A stretch of DNA of 64,000 bases from Eledone cirrhosa (lineage: Eukaryota). Below are positions 53,473 through 64,000 of this stretch, in pieces. Both the position numbers and the translations under genes were made by a program. Below the pieces are notes generated by a model, which was not told the origin of the DNA, searched no databases, and saw only the letters and a program-made list of their open reading frames with translations. The first letter of the stretch is position 1. The number at the start of each line of letters is the position of its first letter. Location: positions 89,342,001-89,406,000 of the forward strand of contig OZ024740.1 in NCBI GenBank assembly GCA_964016885.1, read 5' to 3'.

Positions 53473-53557
53473 GGAAAAACATGTCTTTAGATAAAAATAA
53501 CAGGTCTATTCATGTTGACATCTCTTGCAAAACTGTTGGTGTAGGCGTTTTGTTATA

Positions 53558-53633
<76 letters not shown>

Positions 53634-54564
53634 TGTATGTGTCTGTGTGTGTGTGTGTGTGTGTGTTCGTGTGTGTGTGTCTGTAAAAACAACGATCGGA
53701 GGCCAGGAGGTCTACATAAACGTGTTTATAGATGTGCATGTTTTGTGTGTAGACAAGTCAAAATACATGTACGTATTTCCTGTACACTGCTCAGAGTGTT
53801 AAGTACATTTAAATCATTTTAAAGCAAAGATAAGATTTCAACAGAAGCTATATATATCATCTAATTAACCATAATGAGCACGCAATGAAACGGCATACAG
53901 CCTGTCATTTATAGTACAAATATGCATATTATTAAATCTCATGTTGTATCTAATTAAGATATTGAGAAAGGCGGATGCTATGCAGTCAAAATATATAAAG
54001 ATATATTGGTATGTATACACAATGTATATGAAAAGGAAATTGCACAAATATGTATAGCAATTTGCACGCCCTTTGGCATCACATCTAAATTATAAAAAAG
54101 CTATATAATATGGAATTACTCAATATTTTATAATACAATAGCAAATGATTAAATAAGAACATTGAACGGATAACTTACTGTCGATACAAATTTGACAATA
54201 TTGTCATAAACCACAAACCAAAATAAGCAGGATTCGATCCAATAACCCAACTGATTTTATAAACACTATAATTTCCCAGACTTATAGCATCTAGAAATTG
54301 GCACCAATGGACAATTTAATCATATCTCTTATAACCATAAAAGGACATCACATTAAAAATCTACCATATCTTATCTTGCAAACATTTATCTATCACTAAC
54401 AGCAATAAACCAAATAGAGCCAAATAATTTAAAATGTAAATCCACCCTTAAATACATCAAATGACGTAATATTAACCAATGAAATGCAAGGAACGAACCA
54501 TTAACCAATCTGATGCAAGAGAAGCAGCCGATCTAAAGACACACCCAGGGTAAATACGAATTCT

Positions 54565-54645
54565 ATCGATAAACTATAGTACCACTAATGCACTGAGGTG
54601 ATTGAAGGCCTTGTGTCAAAAGTAGAAATAATTATTATTATTATT
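54565..54645 (+). mobile_element. SINE 3' fragment ending in (ATT)n
   Basis: tcgataaa..gtaccactaatgcactg..ggccttgtgtcaaaagtagaaataattattatt. Confidence 0.75.
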
Positions 54646-57600
54646 GGTCGTTGAAGCGAAAGAACGTACTATCGTGAGCTCGTAAGTTTGTTTTTTCTAC
54701 GGTTTGAAATACGTTTGTTATTAATATTTTTTTTTCAAACGGGTAATAAGACTTTACTCTTTGCCCCCAAGAAGGACTCCCCCATAATATTTGGGCCTTT
54801 TGGCCCAAATATTTAACCTTCGTGTATTTAAAAGTAGGTTTTCATCGAAAAAAAAAATGGCAGAGCGACGCCGCCGCATCTTTGAGTTTGCTGTCTTGCG
54901 ACAGCGAGTCACAAGTTGAGGCTAATAACGTTGCCCCTCCTGCAACAATTTAAAAATGTAACAACACATCAGGCAATATCGCCAACATCAAGGAGAACAC
55001 TAATATAAACAAAAATGACGACAGCAGCAACAGCGACAATACGAAAAATAGTAAAAAAAAACAAACAGCCTTGAACAAGAACGACAGCAGCACCTGCAAC
55101 AATGACATCAAAACCAACAACGACTGCAATAATACCAACAACAGAAAGAACCACAACAAAGGCAACGATATCAACAGCAGTGACAACCACATAAAGAGCA
55201 ACAACAACAATAACAGCAATAGCAGCAGCAACAATATCAACGAAAACAACAACAATGACATCCATACCAGTAACAACGATCCCATCACCAACAACAAGAC
55301 CAGTAGCAACAGTAGCGGCAGCAATAATGGTGCTGCTCAAAAAGGGGCCACTTTTTTTCGCAGGTGTGGCCCGATATATAGAAACAGAGCTAGTCATTGA
55401 AGAGGAGTTGGCAGTCGCAACGGCCGTGTTGACGAGAAAAGACAATAGAGTCACGTTGCTGTCGGGTGTAGGACGGATCCGGTTACCGACTGAGCCCATT
55501 GTGCAGATAGCCCTTTAAGGAGGTAGAAGGCGGGCAGTTTTCATCTGCCTGGTGGCCATGGCGAAAGAGATTGTGTGGTGGACAAGGTTGAAAGGGTAGA
55601 AATGGACACTTTCTTCTCCGGCCAATCCATGATTAACTTTTTCAAGTTTCACTTGAAGAGGAAAATCAAGGTGGAGAGGCAAGTGCTGTCTTTTAGTAAG
55701 TTTGTTAAAAGGTTTGTTAAACTTTTGAACTGTTTGACAGGTATAGACTGGATTATCCAAATTTGGACGTGGGCAAACTGCATCATGTCATCAAGATCAT
55801 ATTTAGATAGGGTATTCTGTAGGGAATCAGATAAGGCTAGTGTAGGTTGTCCCCAATCTAAAGTAGTCTATTACACGGACCACAAATTTGTGATCTGTGA
55901 AGCTGACTTAGATAGACTCCATAGGCAAGGGTCCGGCTACTGGAAGCTGAACGCGACGTTGCCGGCGCGCAAAGATTCCAGAGACCGGATTGGAGAATTA
56001 GTTAAGCGTGCGTTGACGGGTGCGATCGTCAATAACAGGTTGTGGTTTGCCCTCAAAAGAGCTATTGGAGTGGAATCGATAAGGTTTAGCAAATGAGTAG
56101 TGATAGAGGAAAATAGAGTAGAGGGAGAGTTAGTTAGAAAGCTAGAAGAGGCGTTTAGGACAAGCATCGCAACCGACGTGCTTGTGGTGAGATTGGCATT
56201 CGACCAATTCTTCAACGCAAAGCATGAAGGCTGCGCTTTCAAAGCTAGAGCGCGAGCTCTAAGACACGTGGGGACGAAAGCCGTTCAATGGGCCCGGGTT
56301 GTGGAGGCGCGACGTGGCAACAAGTCCACAATTCGGTCTTTGCCTGATCAAAACGGGCGCATGTTGCTCGAACCCGAGCAGACGTGGGCGACTTTTCAAT
56401 ACCAGTTTGCTCAATCGTTCGGGAGCGGTGGCAGGCCGGTCGGAGTATGAACTTCGGAGCATACCTCGACGGAATGCCGCGACTCTCGACAACCGCAGCG
56501 CAGTGCTGCCAAAAGCCGATAACAGCAGCTAAAATACGGGAAGCGATGTCTGAGTGCACGTGGGGTAAATCGCTAGGTTTGGACGGTCTGCCCTACGAGC
56601 TTTATGCGTATATACCAGACTTGTTCGGCGACATCTTGGCAGATGGCTACTGCAACTGGCAGCAGAACGGGTGCATTCCCAATTTTGTGAGCCGGAGAGC
56701 GGAGGCGCTGCTGAGAAAAAACCCGAACAAGAGAGGCGTTATAGACAACTTCAGCCCCATAACTCTGCGAAACGCTGGGTTTAAGATTTTGGCCAAGATA
56801 TTAGCAAAGAGATTGGCGCTCGTCGTCGGTGATCTGGCGGGAGAGGCGGACATGCGCTATTGTGGACAGATAAATCCACGACAACCTCCATCTCATGCGA
56901 TACATCGTAAAGAGGGTGGCCAAGGAACGTGGTATGGGTTCCGCCCTGATTAACTTGGATCAATCTAAAGCATTTGATAGGTTCGACCATCGGTACCTGG
57001 CTGCGGTCCTCGAGGCGGCCGGCTTCGGGTGAGTTTTCAGGGGCTGGATAGCTGCGATGCACAGCGACATCTGCTCGATTGTGAGGGCGAATGGTCACCC
57101 ATGGTTTCAGCATCATGCTCTCGGTCCACCAGGGTTGCCCCTTCTCGTCATTCTTGTACCTACTGGCCCACGATCCGTAACTGCACACATTTGAGACTAT
57201 GATGGGGTCCCACGCGAACTGGGATGTGGGAGATCCGTGTCAGATTACGCCGACAACGTCACCGCGGTGGTGTCGAGCACCAAACACGTAGAGATGCTCG
57301 ACACCACTCTCAAGGAATACGAACCGGTGACAGGAACAACGATAAACCAGGAAAAGTCGGTGTGCTTGCAACTCGGCACCTGGAGAGGCAAGTCCATGCC
57401 GTCCGACAGTGTCATGGGGCGCTGGACGGAAGGACCGGTTAAATTGGTCGGGGTCTGGTTCGATGGAGAAAACCTGGAGCGAGGTGACGAGCAGGGTAGC
57501 CTCTCTCACCCAGAAATGGACCGAGAGGAGGCTGTTTCGGAAATTTCGGGCGGAGGTGGCGAATGCGTACATAGCGTCCGTCATCTGCTACCCCTTGATC

Positions 57601-58620
57601 GTCATACCTTGACCCGTCCAACTCTGACCAAAATGGAGTGCCTTTTCTTCAGCTTTTTGTGGAAGGGACGTGCTCGCATGGTCAGACGATCCATTTGCTA
57701 TCAACATCCGTTGCATGGAGGACTGGGCATGCCGTGGCTGATGATGCGTAAAAATGCGCTGAGGCTGCGACATCTCTGCTGCTTCCGTGACGGTGAACAG
57801 TTGTGGTTGCCGTTTGCCAGACGCGCTTTCCCCTAGCTCGTCTCCTTGACGGAACTGTAGTCCTGGATGAGGAAAAGACCGAGGGATAGCGCTTCGAAGC
57901 TGGAATGTCTCAAGCGCAAACCGCCCTCTACCAGCTGGGCATTAGTATCGGTGGAACATCCACCTAAGCGTTTTATAGAGGGCTAGTGGACGGGAAGAGC
58001 GCCGATGTTCTGGGGGAGACCCTGGGCGTCGAAGACGAACAGCTGTTCTCTCTTTTCAAGAGAACTTTCAGACGGGCCTATGTACAACTTCCATAAAACC
58101 CTGGCCTGGCAGTGCTACCGGGGAGCGTTGCTAGTTCGGGATAAGCTCTACCGAACGGAGGCCGAGCCTGTCTGAGATGCGCGCAAGGCGCCAAACCCTG
58201 ATTAACTTTTTCAAGTCTCACTTGAAGAGGAAAATCATCGTTGAGAGGCAAGTGCTGTCTTCTAGTAACTTTGTTGGAAGGTGAGTGAAAGTGGTGAGTC
58301 TGGTCCGAGTAAAAGGGCCTACTCTGAGTATGCGCCTGTAGACTAAGGACTGGTAAAATAGAGAGATGGCGCTTGGCCTCGTGGTCTGAGTAACCGTGTT
58401 TTTTTTTTGTGTGTTTTTCGCCACGAATGACCCTCGGAGGTTTCCCCCTTTTTGGAGACTTTTTGTTGTTTGAATTTTGCTGATGTCTAACCCGATTTTG
58501 TTATAACTTGTTTACACAACCAAAACCCACTTTGTATCGTCCTGTACTGTTCTGTGCCGTCTCCAATGTTTTTCTTCATGTTAGCCCTTGTGGCCAATAA
58601 AGAAACCATTATTATTATTT
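54646..58620 (+). mobile_element. Tx1/L1-group non-LTR retrotransposon, rearranged and degenerate
   Basis: Asn-rich ORF1 start. APE remnants (YLDRV, TDHK, GYWKLN). RT GLDGLPYE, PITLRN..KILAKILA.RL, LDQSKAFDR, QGCP, YADN, GGLGMP. CxxC near 58170. 3' end aataaagaaaccattattatt. Confidence 0.88.
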
Positions 58621-59009
58621 TTTATTACCCCTTCATCTTTACTACCCTCAGGCATATACTTTCATACATTTTTTCTCTTTGGTTTTATTTCACTCTTAAT
58701 GTCTGTATAACTATATTTATATATTTATTTTGTTTTATTTTATTTTATTTTTTATGATTTCATTTCGCTTTTCATGTTGTTTTCATATTAATGTCTGTAC
58801 ACCTCAGTATAAATGCGTTGTGTGCCAGATCCAAAATCAGTATTTTGAAATTGTGACTGGGATGATCAGAATTTTAAATCGAGTGTCGCAAAACATTGAA
58901 ATAGCGATTTTAAGACGCATCCAACCATATGCTAGCCAACGGAACATATGTTAATACTTGGAATAAAACATACTGTCTAGCTTATCCGTGTTATTATTCA
59001 TTATTTTAT

Positions 59010-59200
59010 GCGGTGGATTGGCAGTATTGAGAGAGGGTCGAACGCCATGCTTTGACGTATAGAGTTACGGCCCTTGCCATTCTGAGTTCAAATCTCGCCG
59101 AGGTTAACTTTGCCTTTCATCCTTACGGGGTCGATAAAATAAAGTACCAGTAATGCACTGGTGATTTGCTGACCTTGTGCTTAACGTAGAAACAATTATT
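59010..59200 (+). mobile_element. tRNA-derived SINE, full length
   Basis: Family match with A/B boxes and tail. Confidence 0.9.
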
Positions 59201-59481
59201 TTATTATTAATACTCAAGGAACAACTTACCTAAGAACTGTCCATCCAAACGCCACAACTAAGTATACATCTTGTTGAGTCAAACAACGCCGTACATTAAA
59301 ATCCTCAAGGGTACAGATTACTCGTAACTTTTACTTGGATTACCTTAAACGATACCTCGTTTACTTCAATACACACACAAATATAAGTATATATATTTTT
59401 ATATATATATATATATATGACTGCTTCTCTGTGTGTGTGTCTGTAGGATGGGGGTTGCACGTGTATCAGTGTGTGTGTGTT

Positions 59482-59527
<46 letters not shown>

Positions 59528-59848
59528 CGTATACATTTTGTATAGATATGCATATACATATGAATATTAAGATAATTAATTGAATCAATGCCTAAATGTG
59601 TCAACGCGTTGTACAGTAGTTCGTCACCGGGAAATATTAGTGATATGAGGTTCCAAAAACCGAGTTTGGAAGAGTACACACCAGTCGGCGAAAATGTGCG
59701 GTTGGGACTACGAAGGAAAATTAGGTAATTTTTGTGTTCTCCACACAACTCTATATAGCTCGGATTAATTGATTGTTCATTTAAATCATTCATCGAACAA
59801 AAATGGCCAAGGATTAACACCACACATATATCTGTTTATACTTATGCG

Positions 59849-59962
<114 letters not shown>

Positions 59963-59971
59963 TACTCACAG

Positions 59972-60027
<56 letters not shown>

Positions 60028-60123
60028 GGAACGGATATGAAGAACCCAAATGCACTCACTTCGTCCGTTCCCATGTCGATTCAATTTGGATTGCCTCGGA
60101 AACATAACCTTATTATGTAACAA

Positions 60124-60195
60124 GCTGTCTGACGATGTCGCGACACTCGTTCACAGAACAGTGTGGCCAGTGTCGTCATTGAAATATATCACAGC
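60124..60195 (+). ncRNA. Minimal type I hammerhead ribozyme with no nearby PLE ORF
   Basis: GCUGU-CUGACGA-..GCGACACU..AGUGUCGU..-GAAA-UAUA-UC-ACAGC. 1-bp helix III with palindromic tetraloop, AUC triplet. Base of helix II is imperfect. Confidence 0.75.
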
Positions 60196-60900
60196 ATTAT
60201 TATCAATGGGAATTAATGCAATGGGAATTAATGCAATACACTAATAAATATATATGGACAATTGTACGTACATATACTTGTCAATAAAGAAAACATTTTT
60301 TCCAACGAAATCTTAATTATGCCTAGATCCTATAATGTTTAGAAGAAAATATATACATTTTGACATACAAAAACATAGAATATACAACATGTTCTCAATA
60401 TCTGTATATTCTTTCGGTGGTGTTTACTTTGCTTTTTTTCTGGGGAGTATGTATACAATATTAATCTAAATTATAATAACGTAAGAAGCGTGGGACTGCG
60501 TACGGTTTATAATGTTGTATCCCCTTAGTAAATAAGTTGGATTACTTTGAATAAATAATGAATGAATATTACATAATTTATCTACTAAATTTCGTGGCTG
60601 TTCATTAAATATAATTTACTTCTTATTTAAAGATTCACTTCTTTAAAATTTTCAAATGTCAACACTTCCGGTTAGCGATCGTTTAAATAAATGTTCATAT
60701 ATTTCTGTCACTAATTTTCTCCGAATGCAGTTTATATATAATATCGTCTTTTTTAAATGTATCATGAATTACGTTACTGATTACAGAAGACAGTCTTCGT
60801 TCAATTTCTGTGTATATTGTCAATTGCGGTTTTATTTGGTGTATCACATCTACATGCATATATACTTGCGTATAATATGAATATACACACCACACATGGC

Positions 60901-60937
60901 AGCAGAAAACCACCCGAAGGGTGGTTTTTCTGCTAGT
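60901..60937 (+). mobile_element. Probable Helitron-type 3' terminus (hairpin plus CTAG|T)
   Basis: agcagaaaaccaccc-gaa-gggtggtttttctgct overlapping ctag (60933-60936) and followed by t. The 5' end was not located. Confidence 0.5.
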
Positions 60938-61547
60938 AGAATCTAATGGACCAAGTATTCAACGCTCTGAAATTGTAAACCGCAAACCGGAATCACTGGA
61001 ATAATTGTATTTTATTACATTAGTTCTCACTTCTATTGTAGTATGTTACTTTGTGTAATTTATTACCACGAATTTGAGGCTCTACTTGACACAAATGCAC
61101 CGCTGTCATACCATTGTAATATAAATATTTATGTAATTATTCTATTCAGCAATGGTAATGAGTTTTATGTAAGAACATTATGCACCTATGCCATCGCTGA
61201 TTCCTCTAGGATTAACTATAACATAATCGGGATAGGAAATTCTATTATCTGATAAAGGAGATGGTGTAAAATGTAGAGATAAATATATTACGCTTGCAAA
61301 AAAGATGGAATGTTTTCAATATATTTTCTATGGTTAAACTGTACAAAATATTGTAGGTTATTCAGTTATATGTCGAATGAAAACGTTTATTAGATGTGAG
61401 CTTATCTCAGTCTGATTGGCGTTAAATGGACTGATAGCATATTAAGTCACAACACGGAACTAATCCACCAGAAATACAATTTCCTGCAGTCTCTGGATAT
61501 CATTTTGAGGAAAATAGACAGGAGAAACATTTAAGAGTATTTCACAA

Positions 61548-61625
61548 GAAAAAAAACGCGCCTCTCGCTCGGAGATTCGAACCCATGTCATTACGATCAG
61601 GAGGCCACTATTTTAAAGACTCGGG
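61548..61625 (-). other. tRNA-like remnant (pseudo-tRNA or SINE head)
   Basis: Minus strand ..tggcctcctgatc..gggttcgaatctcc.. followed by a T-run. B box is present, but the cloverleaf does not close. Confidence 0.3.
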
Positions 61626-61929
61626 TGTTTGCAATAATTACATTGACTTGAACTTTGCTTTACAAAAACATTTTATTCTTATTTCCATATTCATTAAAGA
61701 ATACATTATGCTAACGTTCTGACATAATGATACATTTCATACAATAGGGTTCATATAATAAACACTTCTTTAAGAAACGAATTTTATATAGATACAAGGC
61801 AATCAAATCATAATGCCCATTATCTATAGTTAAATACGACGGCTACCCACACACCACCAATACATTTGTTTCATTCGTTTAACATCATATAGGATGATTT
61901 TGAGTATATATATAGCATTTCTAGCCCTA

Positions 61930-63690
61930 TTTACTGATTTACCAGTTGCAGCCATCCGGCTGGGGCCAAATTGGGGCACCGTCATTGTTGCTACACGTTA
62001 TATCTCCAGCCTGTGTTGGCTGGCCATTGATTAAAGAGGGTGTTCGCTTGTGCCCTTAGGTTACCTTCGTACCGTGCTGTGGGCTCATCTGCGTTCTTGG
62101 AAAGCAGTGTGTCAAGATGTTTCTTGAAAGTATCAACGTTCATGCAGATCTCTCGTATTTCTTGGGAGTTTGTTGACGATGTGAGGCCTTTGAATCCAAG
62201 GCTATGGTAATATCTGCTCCTTATTCTAGATGTGAAAGACGGGACCTTTGGCACCACATAGTGACGTACTGTTCGGTGGTAACGGAACCTTTGGCCACCC
62301 ATAGTCACGTACTGTTCGGTGGTTGGTCCAGCTCTGAATGCCAAAGTTTGGTGCCAGTCGCTCCAAGATTTTCCATATGTATATCACTGCGTATCTCTCC
62401 CATCTTCACACCACAGAATATAGTTTTAGTTCTTTTAGCTTCTCCTATTAGCTCATATCCTTCATCGTGCCAATCCTCTTGGTGTAGCTTCATTGGGTTG
62501 CCTGAAGCTCCGTGGTTAGTTTGATACTATAGGCTGACCACAGTTGGGAGCAGTGGTCCAGTCGGCTTAAGCCAAATATCCTCCTTAGTATCAACATGGT
62601 CTCTCAGTCTCTTGTCCGGAAAGTGCTCAAGATCCAACCAACGAGTCGTCTGCACATTATCACCACCCTTGTGATATATGAGGAAAAAGATGCATCATCG
62701 CTCATGTCTGTTCCCAGGTCTCGTGTCGATTTTGACACGGGGATTTCGATCCCTCCTCGTCTGGTTTACCTGAGTTGTACTATGTTAGCAGGTTCGTATT
62801 GTAGGGACTCAAATTTTCTAGCATTAAACTACATGCTGTTGTCGTCAGCCCATTTGTATATGACATCCAGATCTTGTTGTAAAGTGGCAAAACAGTAGAA
62901 GTCCCAGGAGTGTGCCCAGGAGCACCCAACTTGTTATTGATGTTTCCTTTGAGAGGGCCCCATTGGCATCAACCGTCTCGCTTCTGTCTTTTAAGAAATC
63001 ATGCAGCAATTCAGCTACATTTCTAATGATGCCGAGTCTGTGTGGTTTGTGACATATCATCCTTTGTTAAATATTGTCAAAGGCCTTCGCAAAGTCATGA
63101 TATATCACGTCCACATGTGATCTGTCCAGCAGTTGTTTCAGTACCCACTTACAGTGTTGTAACAGCTGTGTAAGGCAGCTTCCTTCTGGGCGAAACCCAT
63201 GCTGCGTGTTAGGCGGTCATTTTCTTCGAGGAATGTGATCAGTTTCTTTCTGATGATTTGTTCCCTGAATTTGCTGATATCTGACGTCAGGGAGACTGGC
63301 CTGTAGGTGTTGGCCTTAGCTCTTCTTCCTGCTTTATGGAAAGGGCATATCATGCCTTCTTTTAGCTCTCTGGGTAGTTTACCGCTAGAAAAAGAACTTC
63401 TAAATAGGATCTTCAGTGGTTTTCCTAGTGCACATTTATCTCTTTTTAGGAGGTCGTCCATCAGGTCCAGCAGCTGAGTTTTTTTCTAATTTCTTCTATT
63501 GCGGATATCACAACCTCTTCCGTTATGTGTATGATGGCCGCCATTTCTTCGTGGTGTATTGTGGCATCAAATAAATCCTCTGGGTTTGTCATTTTCATGT
63601 GCCTCAATGGGGGTGTAAACATACTTTTCTACTGTTTATTCAGTATTTCACTTATTCCTTGGGGATCCTCGGTAATGAACCATTTTTATG
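61930..63690 (-). mobile_element. 5'-truncated CR1-like LINE (RT remnants)
   Basis: KPLKILFRSS..GKLP..PFHKAG..YRPVSLTS, QHGF, RSCLTQLL, VDVIYHDFAKAFD and C-terminal FKKHLD. Many frameshifts. Internal ~40-bp duplication at 62244-62323. Confidence 0.85.
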
Positions 63691-63741
63691 TGATTTTTAA
63701 ATAATATACGTATGCATCAGTTCCAATAGGATATTAAGTAA

Positions 63742-63816
<75 letters not shown>

Positions 63817-64000
63817 CTGTGTGTGTGTGCGTGTGTGTGTGTGTGTGTGTCTATAACACACACACAAGTATAGACATGTATATGAGGGAGACAAATCATT
63901 ACCAGCTTTGCTCATTGAAGGAATAAAAAAGAATCAATTACACACAGCATAATGAAATTATAATTAGGAATAGTAATCAAGATGAGAAAAATTTACCTGT

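Noticed and set aside
54950-55499. Hydrophobic Leu/Val-rich minus-strand ORFs resembling membrane proteins
   Set aside because: Antisense of the (AAC)-rich LINE ORF1 region.
60901-60934. Bacterial rho-independent terminator or contamination
   Set aside because: Context is entirely eukaryotic repeats with no upstream gene. A Helitron-like end is more parsimonious.
61548-61625. Functional tRNA-Arg(CCT) gene
   Set aside because: Acceptor and D stems do not pair. Kept only as a low-confidence remnant.

Overview
AT-rich, microsatellite-saturated animal DNA. The SINE family and (TA)n/(CA)n/(CT)n load suggest an octopod cephalopod (inference). No host protein-coding exon could be supported, and nearly all short ORFs in the track are microsatellite artefacts. 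The window is mostly mobile elements. Penelope-like elements (PLEs) dominate: a young Neptune-type element with inverted pseudo-LTRs, three Hydra-type copies, and a Hydra/Nematis-like chimera. Also present are a complete-ended hAT (Buster/Charlie) transposon, an internally deleted mariner, a non-autonomous Helitron, Tx1-like and CR1-like LINEs, and about ten copies of tRNA-derived SINEs. Four points stand out. (1) The Neptune PLE has two overlapping ORFs joined by an in-frame U UUU UUA heptamer in the -1 register, a gag-pol-like arrangement rather than the canonical single ORF. (2) There are at least eight type I hammerhead ribozyme motifs with an intact-looking core. Two small ORF-less palindromic units carry a hammerhead on each strand, and their arm mismatches are skewed towards transversions. 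(3) One PLE appears spliced together from different clades. (4) The SINE and the Tx1-like LINE share a 3' tail. All calls were made by eye, with no searches or folding run.
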